64,000 bases of DNA from positions 930,001 to 994,000 of the forward strand of contig NW_019028982.1 in assembly GCF_002105155.1 (NCBI RefSeq), written 5' to 3'. Position numbers and translations under genes: made by a program. Source of the stretch: Lobosporangium transversale (taxonomy: Eukaryota). Below are positions 14,368-28,083 of this stretch, in pieces. Under the pieces are notes generated by a model. It ran no database searches. It was given only the letters and a program-made list of their open reading frames with translations, and was not told the origin of the DNA. How positions within the stretch are numbered: the first letter of the stretch is position 1; each line of letters begins with the position of its first letter.

Positions 14368-14401
<34 letters not shown>

Positions 14402-14634
14402 CTTCCCTATTTTGGGTCCCTGCTTTCTGGCCTCTGAATTATCAGTAAAGAGCACCGACCACACCATGGAAAAATCAGGTTCTGATGATGCCGACACCAG
14501 TCAACGCGACTCACAGGGCTCCATGCTCGCTGCAACAGGCCCTCGTGGTGAAGACAAAATCAGCCATCAGACTCATCACCATCAAGATAGTCCTCATACG
14601 CAAGGTATGTAAGATCCTACATCAATATAGCTGG

Positions 14635-14670
<36 letters not shown>

Positions 14671-17600
14671 CTTAACCGCTTTATTGTTTATAATTTGCCC
14701 ATGGTGTATGGTGCATGACAATTAAAGAAGGTATTATATAAACGATGAGAACCCATACCAAATTATGGGAAAGTAGATCAGAAAGCAAATAGAAGTCTAA
14801 CTGAAACCCTTTTTTATTAATCATTTTTGGTCCCTTGACTGCAGAGCATGGAGAAAACGAGAGGGATACCCATGCTGGTGATGTTTCTACTGTCACTTGC
14901 AAGAATAACAAGAACAATAATAAAAAGGCGACAGGAAAGAATAAGAACAAGAATAAGAAAAAGTCCAAGATCAAAATTACGGAAAAATCGGTCTCGGATT
15001 CGTCAGCGCCTTCAAAGGAGCGCACCCCGTATGATGATTCCAAGGAGATGGAGCACAATCGTCATCAGTCCCATACATCACATCGCGAGCAATTAGAACA
15101 GCCTCAAGCCCTTAGTGCTAGCGCTAAACTCGATGATGCCATGGATGTTGATAGCCCTAACCAAGACCAAGGCATGCCTAGTCTTTCAAGCAAGATCATG
15201 GACTTTGCTCAGAGTAATAAAGTCGTAAAGAACTTGGATGGCCTCTCGGGAGGGGCTTTAGGTGCGACTTTTGCTGCCATGGCAGCATTGACCGACACAG
15301 CTGAGACAGCAAGTAATACCTTCAAGGAAAAAATCCCTGCTTCAATCCGTGGTAAGCGTGTGGGCATTTAATGCTATGATGGCCATCAGACCCATCATCC
15401 GTATTTCTTAATCGCCAGGCACTAACGAATAATGCTTTATAAAAAATGGAACCTCATCAATAGGTTTATCATCTAGAAGGCATTCTAAAGTTCCAACCAT
15501 GACAGCTGAACAAGAGGCTACGTTTGGACAAACTTTTACGTTTGTCGTGGGAGAGCAATTAGAAAATGAAACCGATAACAATGCAGCATCCGACAACACA
15601 AAAAAAACCACCAACTGTCAAGCGAGTAGCACTAGAAGAAAAAACAGTCGAGATGTTATTGATGAACAAACCCATGAATCCAAGGAAGAATCGTCACCAT
15701 CACCATCACAGCCCTTTGAACATACTACAGTCGCTAACCCTCCACGGCTTCGTCAACGCAGCCTCGATCATGATCAACAAGTCGCCACCGCTACCGCTGT
15801 TGCTACTGCTACAGCCAAGGCTCACTCAATGAAGGCTTCCAGTTCTGTTCATCATGAAGCAGGCAATTCATCTAGACCGTCTGGTGCGATCAAAAAGTAT
15901 TCTGTTGAAGATATCTCCTGTGCTCGACCTCACTCCGCCTCCTCCCACTTAACTTACAACACAAAGATAAATGTAGGCGAAGGCGTTCATCACGGCTCTA
16001 TCCTTCAATCTCGCAATCCCTTATTTTCGGCTTCGGATACCACCAGATCCGTCCCCAAATCTTCAGACCCTATAAAAAAGGTGAACAGATTTGCTGAATG
16101 GAAGCCCAAGAAGTACGACATTGAAGATATATCTGTTGGACCCAAAACTTACTTTGGCGCTCCGGCGGATCCGATCAGACGCGAGGATAGGGAGAAAAAA
16201 CCAAGTCAGGATCATGATTCCCTCTTACAACACCATACTGACAACGTTAAAAATAGTAAGAAAGCCGGTGGAGAGGAAGGTGGAAGTAAAACGTCGGGTC
16301 AGTCTAAGGTGGATAAAAATGCAGAACCATCTATGGATCTCGGTAGTGCTAAGCTCTCTTCAGGTGGAAATAGTAAAATAAGCAAGCGGCATCAAAAGCT
16401 TGCTGCGAAAGCAGAAAAGACTGTTGATGCAGGTGGCTATAATGCATTCATGAACCTGCCCATTGGTGAGACTAGTTCCAGTCACACCAGCCGCACAAGC
16501 AACAACAGTAGGAACCACCACAATAAGCTCTCCATGGTTATGACTCCTCTTGACTCGGATTGGGTAGGCACAGAGGATAACACATCAGATACCAGCAGCG
16601 ATATGCCAAACAGGGGTAGTGGTGGGACTGATTGGGGCTCAACTGTCAAAAAAGCTACACCATATGGTTCGCCTGAAAGCTCTTCGAAGATATGGCCATC
16701 ACCATCCAACATGGGTCCTCGAGTGGAGGAGGCTGTGCATAAGATTGAATCTTTGGGTCAAGAGACGGGCCAAGGTATGAAGAACGCTGCCCAAAGAGCC
16801 GCAAGCGATTCTTTGAATATGGCCCAGGCCCTAAAACAACATCTTGAAACAACCACAGATACCGAGGGAAGCATCAAACATTCAAGCTCTTATGAGAAAG
16901 AGAAGAGCATGGCTGAGGTAAATGAATGATAATGATTACTCCTAGCGACACGAATAAAAACTGCGCTGTTTGAGCTCTAGATGTTTATCTTCTCACCGCC
17001 TAAATCTATTTAAAAATAGGACACTCCAAAGAAGTCCTTTGCAGATGCTGTACGAGCAGATATGGGAGCTGATTCTGCTTCACAGGACCCGACGAATTCC
17101 AATGAAAGCAACTCAAGAGCAAAGGAGGCATCAGTAAACACATTGAATACGACGATTGAGCAGAATAACAACAAACCTGCCGACCCCGAACCATCTAGTT
17201 CAAAAGCACCCGGCTCCGCCACGTCCAGTGTTGAAAATGTAGTTCAGGATACTAAAGGATCTACTGACCTTGCTCCCGTGCATGACCACGGAACCAAGGG
17301 CAATTGCGACGCAAAAAAACACAAGACAATGGTCGACAGAATCGTAGGATTCATCCCTACATTCGCGCAGAGACCTAAGGGCACTGCTTCGAGTGAGATC
17401 CAAGTCGCTTCAAAAAACGCAAAAGATGTCGCCAACAAAACCGCCGACGGTGCTAAAGGAGAGGCAAACCCCCCCAAAAAGCTTAAGGACACTGCCACTG
17501 CAATAACCCAGTCTACCACCAAGGAAAACAAAGGCGCCACCCAAAATACTGCAGTTGACACTAGTAAAACAGTTGATTCGGATACAGATGCAGCCTCGAA

Positions 17601-20600
17601 TCCTGAAGATGCGGAAGTTGGGGGGGCCTACATTACTGTTAAGAGTATTAAGGATTCTACTCTCAAGCTTGCTGAAGAGACGAACGAGATCATCCAGACA
17701 GCTGTCAAGGATGCACAACAATCTACCCTTGATGCAGCTGTTGATACCAAGGAAGTCATGGATGCAATGGCTAGTTCTGTAGTTAAGGCTAAGGATGCTG
17801 TCATTGAAGGAACAGTAGCCAGTACTGCTGATGTCAGTGAGGCTGCTCATAAAGCGACAGTTGGCACAAAGAAGATGATTGACGAAAAAATTGATTCAGC
17901 TATTGAGACCAAGGATTTCATTGTTGGTAAGGCCCAAGACGCTGTCAAGGGCTCCGGAGATGCTATCCACAGGGCTTCGGGCATCACGAAAAAGATCGCC
18001 AATGATACAATCCTCTCTGTATCCGATGCAAAGGATGCTCTTGCTGATAAAGCCCACACCGCGGCCAAAAACGCAAATGATGCTATCCATGAAACTGTTA
18101 TTGATGCCAGTCAAACTGTCGGTACCAAAATCGACTCGGTATTAAAGGCAGAAAATGTAGCCACAACAAGCGTTAAGGGCGCTATCAATCAAGCGGAAAC
18201 TGCTGTTCAAAAGAAAGGCAGAAAGGCTAAAAAGACAAAGAGTACTGCCAACGGGTCTAAAGGCAATGCAAATGGGAAACCAAAGGCTGCGGTCGAGGAT
18301 ACTGCAGCAAACTGCAAAAATAAGGGCAAATCCACTGCGGACGCTGACAAGGCAACGTTGGCTCTTGCTGGAGAGGACGGTATCCCTACCAAGGACCAAA
18401 CTGCTAGAGGACTTGGTCAAGGAGACAAAGCTAAAGAAAAAGAGACAGTCAGTATGGCTGCCGATAAAGGATCGAAGCAGGCAACCAAAAGCTCGTCTTC
18501 AACCGATACCTCTACTAATGCAACCGAAAGGCACCCTACTTCAGAGGCATCCCGAGACATACTCTCCTCTGCCAAGCACTTAGCTGGGGGGTTGGGAGAT
18601 ACCGCGGTCGAGATGTTGACCAACGGTGCTGAGATTGCAACTGAGTCTATGATCAACGCCAAGGACACCACGACCGCATATATGAATGCTGTCAAGAACG
18701 AACTCACGGGCGAGACTGCTACGGATAATAATAGTGTACTGAAAGATATTGAGAATGATGTTACGATCAAGCGGGAGTTCCATGGTATCAGTGCCTCTGA
18801 TTCGTCCGCTGCCAAAAAAGCTAGCCAAGTCGCTAGGGAATACTATGAATCACTCGATAACCCTACGGCTTCTTCTGCCTCCACGACTGCAGCTTCGACC
18901 TCTTCCCCCAGTTCTTCCCATACACACACCGCAGAGAAAGGACACGACACTGCAGGAAGAAATCAATCGGCCTCAAAATGTGAGAGCGGGCATCGTACTA
19001 AGCGAGGCAGTAGAATAATCCTTGATCATGACAATTATGTATTCAGGAACGAGGATGGTGATGAGCTCTCTGCAGGAGAGGTGGATACCGATAACAGTGA
19101 TGACGACGAGACTGGTGAAGATAATGCTTCTTCAGCCGACAGAGAAGGTGGCACCCATTACGATAACACTAACCGGGATCGTCAACGACGGGAAAGTCAA
19201 GATTTATCGTCAAAAGCGCCTGGTATCCTTGAATCTGCTAAAATGGCTGCGTCTGCAATGGCAGCCCGGGTGGCTGATGTCTCGTTCGAAAATCTGGATA
19301 TTGCAAAGAACTCGCTCACAGATGCCGTCAGCACTGCGAAGAGCACTTTGACTGGAGCATGGAGCCCTGGAAGCGAAAGTAGAGCTGATGCAAAGTCAAA
19401 TGAGCATGAAGATCAACAAGTATCGACATCATATCCTAAAATGGAGACACGCCTACCAGATTCGTCGGTTAAGGAAAATGATGGCCTTCTCAAGGGCAGA
19501 GGCAAGGAAATTGATGAAGAAAAAGTCAAAGGTAAAGAAGCGATCAAAGGAAAGGACGCTACTCCTACTGAAAGAGACACAGCTCCTGCTGAGAGGGACA
19601 CAACTTCTGCTGAAAGGGACACTGTTCCTGCTGAAAGAGACACAACTTTTGCTGAAAAAGACACAGCATCTGCTGAAAAGGGCAAAACTTCTGCTGAAAA
19701 GGGCACAATTTTTGCTGAGAGGGACACAGGTTCTACTGAAAAGGGCACAACTTCTGCTGAAAGGGACACTGCTCCTGCTGAGAGGGACACAACTTCTGCT
19801 GAAAGGGACACTGTTCCTGCTGAAAGAGGCACAACTTTTGCTGAAAAAGACAGAGCATCTGCTGAAAAGGGCACAACTTCTGCTGAGAAGGGCACAACTT
19901 CTGCTGAAAAGGGCACAACTTCTGCTGAAAGAGACACAGCTTCTGCTGAAAGGGACACTACTGCGGAAAGGGACGCGAACTCGAGCTCGAACATGACCAA
20001 CTTGAAGGAGAGTCGATCTGCTGCTACTTCTGCACCTCTTTATTCTGAAGTTGCAGCAACAAACATTTCGGAGACGGCCAACAATAATAAAGCCGGTTCC
20101 TCGAAGAAGAAACAAGATGTTCATCTTCCAAAGGCGGTCCAACGTTCTATTACCACAGCCCAGCCCGCAGCCCCCCTCACCAATTCAGCCCAGGTTTTTG
20201 CTCAGTCGCAGCAGTACTCACCAACACAGCCAATCGAGCCCCAAAGCTATTCTCGTCAACACTCGATCAATGAATCATCTAGTGAGTTAGGTGCCTCTTC
20301 ACCTACATCTCGGAGCCCAATAGCTGCTCCTATAGGCCGAGGAGCTCTGAGTTACAGTGGCGCATTAAGGAAGAATTCAGTCAATGATGGCCATGCTGTC
20401 CGCATGGGTTTGGCAGACCCTCTTTCCTCGGATGATGACTCCTCTATTTATCGCTTTCAGTCTAGGTCTCCTTCGTTATATTCTTTACTTGAGAGTCAAA
20501 ACTCCGTTCAAGAATATGGAAAGTCACCTCCAACAACCACAGTGTCATTCAAGCATGGTCAAGGACAATCAACTCGAGGATCAAGACCAGGATCACTGGC

Positions 20601-20778
20601 AGGATCTTTTACTGAGGAAATCAACTGGCCCTTTCGTCGCGGCAGTAGCGGCGTTGCACCAAATTATCCAAGCGACAAGAATGACAGGGACCAAGAGAGT
20701 ATAAACGAAGAAAATGGGGATGGGGTTCAAATTATACCGGACAATCAACGCGACTATGGAATCAACATGTTATCATAA
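13571..20778 (+). CDS. Large multi-exon low-complexity protein with an N-terminal TM segment, LEA-like Ala/Lys/Asp-rich region and 7-aa repeats
   Basis: Consecutive same-strand ORFs (13571, 14835, 15499, 17062) separated by GT..AG-like intervals. TM segment ILFLLCLLPLVVIFLTFCIYM. Joining into one gene is inferred. Confidence 0.6.
19561..19975 (+). repeat. Coding 21-bp minisatellite (AERDTTS/AEKGTTS)
   Basis: About 19-20 units of GCTGAAAGGGACACAACTTCT-like sequence, with a higher-order duplication of 189-bp period (19582 vs 19771). Confidence 0.9.
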
Positions 20779-21467
20779 AAAATGTAAATAGCCACCCATC
20801 TCCCACGATATTCATCTCATTTTTGCCAGACAACGCCGGATTAAAATAAAATAAAACTCCACTAGCCATGATAAATATAAAATTTTGTTTATTCTTGATT
20901 TACAGATTTACATTGCAGGTGTACACAGTCTCTTGATCTTCAAAATATTATTCCGCCTTTTTTTTGTTGTTGGAAACTATATAGAGAATCTAGACGAGGC
21001 CGGTGTCGAAATGTTAGGGAGAAAACATACGGAATGGGGATGTTGACGCTCTCGGACTCTATATCTTCGTTATCAACTGGTATTCAAATTAACACCATAC
21101 GAGCCTCCCTTATTGGGGAATTAAATAGAGATAAAATCAGAAAATACATTGTTAAAAATTTCCAATTCCTACTAGAGATAAATGATTTTCAAACGTACTT
21201 GACTAAGGACTAAAGCTTTTGTCCTTGCTGGGAAACCTTTTCGTAATACCCTTATGGGAGTGTTGAGCGGGAACTCTTTTGAGCGATATCTGAAGGCAAT
21301 AGTCTTGTTGATGTTGAGATAGGTCTATGGGCACAGTATACAATAACAACAACAAAAACTTTGCTCATGCTGCAAATGAACAAGATCGACCAAAAAAAAG
21401 CAAAGAAAAGAAAAAAAAGGATGTTTTGGGAAATTCTATTTTGTTTTCTTTCTATTGATCTATTCAT

Positions 21468-22223
21468 TTATTTTGAACCAGCAAAACCGAGATAATCAAG
21501 ATTGCCCCGGCTAAAAGTCTGATACTCTTCAGTTTCTCTCCAAGCCTTTAAAGAAGGAATCGAATCAACAGTCTCCTGGACCTTCAAGAGGGCGGGGGTC
21601 TTCTCAGGCGAGATCAAACCTTCCTTCGCGGAAATATATTGCAAAAGAGGAATCCAGTATGCAACTTTAATATCAGCTAAAGTCAACTTGTTGCCGACCA
21701 AATGACCATTGGCTCCATTGTCTTGCAAATGACGTTCATGATACTTGATCCAGTTGGAGATAGGGCCCTCGACCAATTGCTTCCTAACCTTCTCCTGAGC
21801 CTCCTTATCGTCGTCTGCGGAGTAATAGCGCGCAATAACCTGACCGGTTACGGCATTGGCTTGAGAGAGATATGTGTTGATGATAACCTCTTCTAATGCA
21901 TTAGAGCCATAGAGATCAAATTTGCGAGCCAAATAACGTTCAATTGAATCTGACTCTGCAATTTGGATTACAGTCTTGCCATCAGCTGAAATCTCCTTCA
22001 GTATAGGTACGGTCCCGAATGGGGCCTTGGCCTTATCCTCCTTTTCCCAGTTCTCACCAGGAAGGACATTAGTAAATTTGGCACCAGAAGCAGCGAGGAT
22101 GACACGGGTGGTTCCACCCATGCTATGGATGTCAAAATAGTGCACTTCAAATGTGCTATCCTTCTTGAGACTGAGGGCCTGAAATTCAGCAGCCTTAGAA
22201 AGATCGAAGAACTCGTGAATCAT
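21468..22223 (-). CDS. Glutathione S-transferase (sigma-like)
   Basis: HYFD..G..TR, APFGTVPIL, AESDSIERYLARKF and GNKLTLADI motifs. Confidence 0.9.
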   Translation of the reverse strand: MIHEFFDLSKAAEFQALSLKKDSTFEVHYFDIHSMGGTTRVILAASGAKFTNVLPGENWEKEDKAKAPFGTVPILKEISADGKTVIQIAESDSIERYLARKFDLYGSNALEEVIINTYLSQANAVTGQVIARYYSADDDKEAQEKVRKQLVEGPISNWIKYHERHLQDNGANGHLVGNKLTLADIKVAYWIPLLQYISAKEGLISPEKTPALLKVQETVDSIPSLKAWRETEEYQTFSRGNLDYLGFAGSK

Positions 22224-22259
22224 TTTGAGAAAAAGCTTTCTTGTTGTTTGTTATTGGGA

Positions 22260-22298
<39 letters not shown>

Positions 22299-24716
22299 TT
22301 GTTAATTTTGTTAGAGGAATATGGAATGTTACATTGATGAGGAAATAAAAGAAATGGAAAGTCCGTCTTTTATATGTGAGAATTTTGATTCTACAAGGGA
22401 GGAACTAAATAAAAATCTATCCAGGCGAGGATTCCATTTTGTGGGGCTGTAAACAGCCTAAAACAAAGGAGGACATATACATTTTTAGCTTTTTTACTTA
22501 AGCATCATTTTAATCTGAAGTTGTTGGCTTCTACATTATGCCATGCCATTAGTAGTAAGTAGGATTAGTCAATGATCCCTTCTATAAAACAAAACAAATT
22601 GAAATGGAAAGAGGGATTAAAGGCATCAAATATGATGCCCTTAAAATACAGAAATTATGGAAAATCGATCTTTTCATCTTACTCAACATACATGATAGTT
22701 TAGTAATGGCATTTTGGCCCTTTTATTACTCAGTTTAATAAAAGGGTATCGGAGGTTTGCACAATCTTTTTTTTCAGCAGCTTTAAGAGAGCAATACAAA
22801 GATGCAGTGAAATGTAAAGGTCTGGAATGGAAGCGTATATTTTACTCTTTTGGGAGTGTGTACAAGAGATCTTCGTACCTAAAGGGTCTACCTGTAACGC
22901 TCATGATATTAACCTACTCCGCATGTGAAAGTAGATGTTTCTGTTGGTTAAAGACAACTGTGAGGCGTCTTTTCTTCAATAATGTTTGCCCTATTTTTGT
23001 CTCTTATTTCTTTTTATCTTGCACGCGGCAGGGCAATTTAAGATAAGAAATGAATCCTCAATCACCGCCCTTTTATTGGACCCCGAAAGCTCCTCCAGGA
23101 ATTTATCCTGGTAACACTTCGTTACCGTTTCCCATTCTGAGCGAGTTGGAAAGCAATATTGTGAACCAATTTAGTCATCGACTCTTCGCTACAACTTCCA
23201 CCATAGCAAAATATTCGAAAATAGTGATAAAGTTATATAACACTATAAGAGAATTGATATTTCACAAAATCTATCCAGGTTTTTAGCCAAAGCTCCATAG
23301 ACTTTTTTTTGCTTTATTCGACATTGAACCCTTGAGGGAGAGATTGGTATAACTGCGGCGTATCAAGATACTGAGTGGTGCAGTGATGAGCTTTTTCCCT
23401 AGTGAAATCACTTACTGACATCAATATTAAGCGATAAAAACTGCGCAACTACCCGAGAGTGCTGCGTAGACGTCATAGCCAACAGAGGAATTTTATCACT
23501 CACCATGTACAGATAATTATTGGAGGCTTTACTAATTTATCTGCTTCAGCCCATCATTATTCCGCAAATCTTAACCTTCATGCCTTCAAATTACACAAAC
23601 ATGGTAGTGTGGTCCCGGTCATTTGGTCATGCACATATTCTAAAATGTATAATTATTGAATTGATTTGGCCGGCGCAAGATTTTAAATAATCAAGTGAAT
23701 TGGTGGCCAAATTCAGGCACTGATTGAATACCTAGATCACATTCAATGTGGCACGTTTTTCTTGGAGCCAATTCAATCATTGTATTTTTACAATATATGG
23801 ATGGCCAAATGACGAGAACTGTATGACATCTGATAATATTTGTGTAATCCAAAGCTGCTTAACAAGACTCTTCACCGTGGGGGTGCTGTGAACCCCCTTC
23901 TTCTTGCCATGTTTGGAGAATAAGGCTGTTGCGGCTAAACTCAATAGGTACTGACTTGCCACCTGTCATTTGTTGTCTCATTTCCACACTGGTCCCCATT
24001 TGATTACGACCATATTCTAAAAATTATAATTCTATATGGGTTGGTGGCAAATCGGCTACCAATTCAATAAAATATTTAATCAAACTTTAATCCGAACGTT
24101 TGCTTCGCCAACCCCTTGATAAATACTTTTTTCGCCGCCAATTTTTTCCTTTCTTTCCCAGTAACAGCCTGCCTCTCTCTTTTTACCTCTTATACCATCG
24201 GTTTCCCCTCATTGCTTTTTTACCCACAACTCATTCGCTTTCTATTCGTTTCCTATTCACATGGTCAACGGTATTTCCATATGTGCCACAGTTGGGAGTG
24301 CCGCAGTAACGATGAAAGAATAATATGAGAGGCACATGGAGAGCGTGTAGCGTGTAGCGTGTAGCGTGAGCATGATTTATTCAATTTTATTGATTTCATT
24401 GGATAGAATTTGAGTGTTGGCATTACGCGTCAGTAACACAAAAACCACTGGGGAGGTTTCGGATGTGCACATTTTTGGCTTGGAGCACATCGGTTTAATT
24501 TACTGCATTCATTCGCCGCAAATGCCTCATGTATATACATGTATAATTTCTGCTTCGTCAAATCTTATAGATATTCCTTTTCATTCCTCTCTTTGTTTTT
24601 CCTTCTCTCTTTTCAATTTTCTTGCCACCAATTCGTCTTTATTAATTTTTACCAGGCACAAATCATCTATAACCTATCCACATTCATCTTTAATACATTT
24701 CTTCCCCCAATTCAAA

Positions 24717-25482
24717 ATGGACTTTTATGCAACCACTGTGATCGGAGGTGCCGCAACCATGTTACCCAGATTAATTAATGGTGACACGAAGAAAGAAAGA
24801 AATGTCGAAGATGCACGAATGGAACTTCAGATGCAAGGAGAACGGATTCTAGCCTTAGCTCCATGGGTGGATGACGATTCATTTAAGCTGTTGTTAACTC
24901 TCATTCAGAGACGAAACCGTATTGTAAAGGATATCGACAAAAAAGAGTCCGTGGTTTAAGCAATGGAAGAAACAAGAGGCCTCTTTCACTAAAATCCGGG
25001 ATGATATTGCGGGAATTAACGTGGCTTTAGCAATCATATCACATTATGGTCTTCGTCAAGCATCCGAGTAAGTTGCCATTCGTCAGTTCGGTTATATTAT
25101 GATTACTTGTCACTAACATCGTCTATTTTTCCGTAGAATGGTCAATCCGCCCGGCCTGACAAGGATGTCCTGGCCTTTGGTATCAAGGTTATCCTTACCG
25201 ATCCCAGCAGCACTCTCCGCAAACTCTCTTAGACCATTGACATCAAGATTATCCTTAATGATCCCAAGAGGGCTCTCCGCGAACTCTAGGGTGTCTTTAG
25301 CAATTATGAGTCCTAGAACACCTTCGACGATGGAGAACGTCGTGCTCCAGCCCAGACGACCAACAACCACACAGTTCGCCAGGCACCGAAGGCTTGGCGC
25401 GACTCTAAAGGAGAGGCGACGTAAGATTGTTGTTTTGGACCGCCACTTCAAGGAGCCGGAAGGATCGCAAGATGGGCTATAG
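24717..25482 (+). pseudogene. Hypothetical helical protein, paralog A (probably disrupted)
   Basis: MDFYATT... stops at 24959, but homology to paralog B resumes in another frame (FTKIRDDIAGINVAL). Intron GTAAGTTGC ~25068, with exon 2 = ORF 25138-25482. Confidence 0.45.
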
Positions 25483-25825
25483 AGATAACTACCGAAAAAA
25501 AAAAAATCAATAAAAGTTGACTGTGAAGAGGAATACTATATTAGGCAAGCTCAAGCTTGGATCTGTCTGTGTAAATAGTAGGTAATACTTGGTTGATAAT
25601 CGATAGCGCTCAGTGAAGCCAGCAAAGGCGTTTTACTGCGGAGCCCCCATGCTACTTTCCACAGGTTAGCTGATTTGGATTCATAAACAAAAGGTTGGAG
25701 AATATATGGTTCAAAGCCATGATTGCTCCATGCCAAATGTCGTCATTTACTTTTCCGTCAAAAGCGATGATTTAATTTACTTGGAGCTGAAGTTGACTGA
25801 ACATGTTCATTTGTGCAAAATACAT

Positions 25826-26051
25826 AGAGTCCTCGCCAGAAAGTCATGAACTGGATATATTTTAAAATACTCAATTTGAAATATTATTTGCAAAAACACA
25901 ATTTTACGTAAAAGCACATATTTTTTTTTGAATTAGATACAATAGAAAAAAAAAAATTCTCAAAATTCTTGACGTCCAAAAATGGAAGTATTCTATTCAA
26001 TTTAAATGCCTGAAAAATATATCCAGTTCATGACTTTCTGGCGAGGACTCT
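25826..26051. mobile_element. MITE (~226 bp) with perfect 38-bp TIRs
   Basis: AGAGTCCTCGCCAGAAAGTCATGAACTGGATATATTTT at 25826 and its exact reverse complement ending at 26051. AT-rich non-coding interior; TSD not clean. Confidence 0.85.
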
Positions 26052-26567
26052 TTACCTCCCTCGCTGTTGTGAGAATGATGAGAAAGGAAAAAATTTTTGT
26101 GGACTAAAAAATAAATAAAATAAAAAATGGTGGTCCCCGAATAGGGAATGATCTTTTTAAAAAAACGATTTCAATAGTCCTAATCAAGAACAAAGAAAGC
26201 ACATGTACATATCCATGAGTCCTGCATGTCTCCCCCTTGGAAGGACTTAGGGTCCTGGTGAGTTTTTTTTTTTTTTTTTTTTTTTTCTTTTTGCATGGGA
26301 ACCGTTTTGACATTATACTATTTGCTTGTACTCTAAACCAAAATATGCGATCGGGCTCAAATCTGTAAAAATCGTCTTCGCCAAACTCATTCTCGAGAGA
26401 TATTTGGTAACGCCACTGTTCCTTCTCATTCTTCTCAATCCCAACTTTCTTTTCTCTCTTTGATTTCTCTTACTACCAGCTCGTCCCTATTAACTGTTCT
26501 CACTTTCGGCTCGTACCTAATCTATCTATTTTCATCTGGTTTGCCTCCCCCCCTCTCCCAAGTCAAA

Positions 26568-26984
26568 ATGGATAGCAATTCAAGCACCGTTGAGAAGATA
26601 ATCGAAGACATGCGAGCAGATTTAAACTGGCAGAAAGAGGAGGCTCGAGCCTTGGATGTCTCCCTGGCGAAGAGCGGTCACTCTCGCACTTCCTCCAACG
26701 CTTTCCATGACATGTTAAGTCTGATCTTGAGCGAAACAGGCCGTATTACAAAGGACGTCGATAATGCGGCGTTGGTTATAGAGAAAGACAAAAGCCCATT
26801 TCGGAGTCTATTGGGGATGAAAGCGGACGTTCCTTTTAATAGAATCCGGGATGAGATTACAGCTAATAACATGGCTCTAATGGTCTTTTTAAGATATCAT
26901 CATGGGGGTCTACTATCCCGGTAAGTTGCTATTCGCTGGTTTGGCTATGCTGTGGGGATTGGCTACTAATTATGCACTTCTTGC

Positions 26985-27019
<35 letters not shown>

Positions 27020-27295
27020 AGAAATAAGAAGCCCATCTTGACAGAGCCGGTTGGACCTAAGTCAGAAAGGTTGTCCAGACTGATCTCAGAAGAAGCTTCC
27101 GAGTCCCAATCGGCAGAACCAAGGAACCCACAGAGCAATGGAGGCGATAGAAACCTACATCGCAATGGAGGTGGAAGAAACCCAGAGGGAATTGGAAGCG
27201 GAACGATTAGTCCACCACAACGAATGCCGCCCGAAGTGATTACTGAATTAACAGCTTATTTGGAATCGAGGAAATTAAGCCAACTGGAAGAATGA
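26568..27295 (+). CDS. Hypothetical helical protein, paralog B (two exons)
   Basis: MDSNSSTVEKIIED...FNRIRDEITANNMAL. Intron GTAAGTTGC ~26920 to TTTGCAG ~27019, then a Gly/Asn-rich exon 2. Confidence 0.5.
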
Positions 27296-28083
27296 GCTAT
27301 TGAGCATATTCAGCGACTTTAAATAATTACTAGGGAAAATATATATATGAGTATATTATTCTATAAAAAAAAGATAAAAGGGGTTGATAGTGAAGAGGGA
27401 TCTTATGTGAAGGCAGGATTGTTCGCGTTCATACTCTGTCTCGTCTCAATTGTGGAGGAATTTTCCATAGTCGCAGGGATTGTAGCTTTACAGATGTGTC
27501 TTGCTTATTCTTTCTCGAGTCCCCCAGTCAATTTTTGCAGACAGAATTCACCACGATCAAGGAATCCCCAAGTAAAAGATAGTGAATAGATCTTGGTACA
27601 GAAGAATCGTGTACCACTACGCCCAAAGTGCTCGGAAGCATTTTCTTGTACGGAAACAATCCCTCCTCTTCGTGCACTGTTGTATATGACTGCAATATTC
27701 AGCTAGTGATCAGTAATGAAATTGTCTTCAAGCAAACCCCTTTTTCTGATGTCTCTCGTCCCAGTATCAATCACAAGGCCGATGACTGCTGGGAATAATA
27801 CCTTGGACATCGGAAAACAAGATAAATTGTTGAAGGTGTACCTGAAAGAGCTCTGATCTATACAGTTGACCAGACTAAAAAAAGGTTGGAGGATAGAGAA
27901 AAGGTATGAGAGTGGGAAAATAGATTGACATGAATCAACTGGCCGTTTTTTTTTTTTCTTTTCGCGAATGGATTAGTCCAAGGTTCCTAAAGTTTTTGAT
28001 TGGTGATACCTTCATTTTATTAATACTTTTCAATATTTTATTTCGACTTCTACATTGTCAGTGTGTGTTCAGCTGGAATATTT

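Noticed and set aside
19388..20142. CRISPR-like array or overlapping genes
   Set aside because: Contiguous tandem units without unique spacers. The alternative-frame ORFs are by-products of the repeat.
23600..24080. Possible degenerate repeat (CATATTCTAAAA…TATAATT twice)
   Set aside because: Too short and degenerate to define element boundaries.
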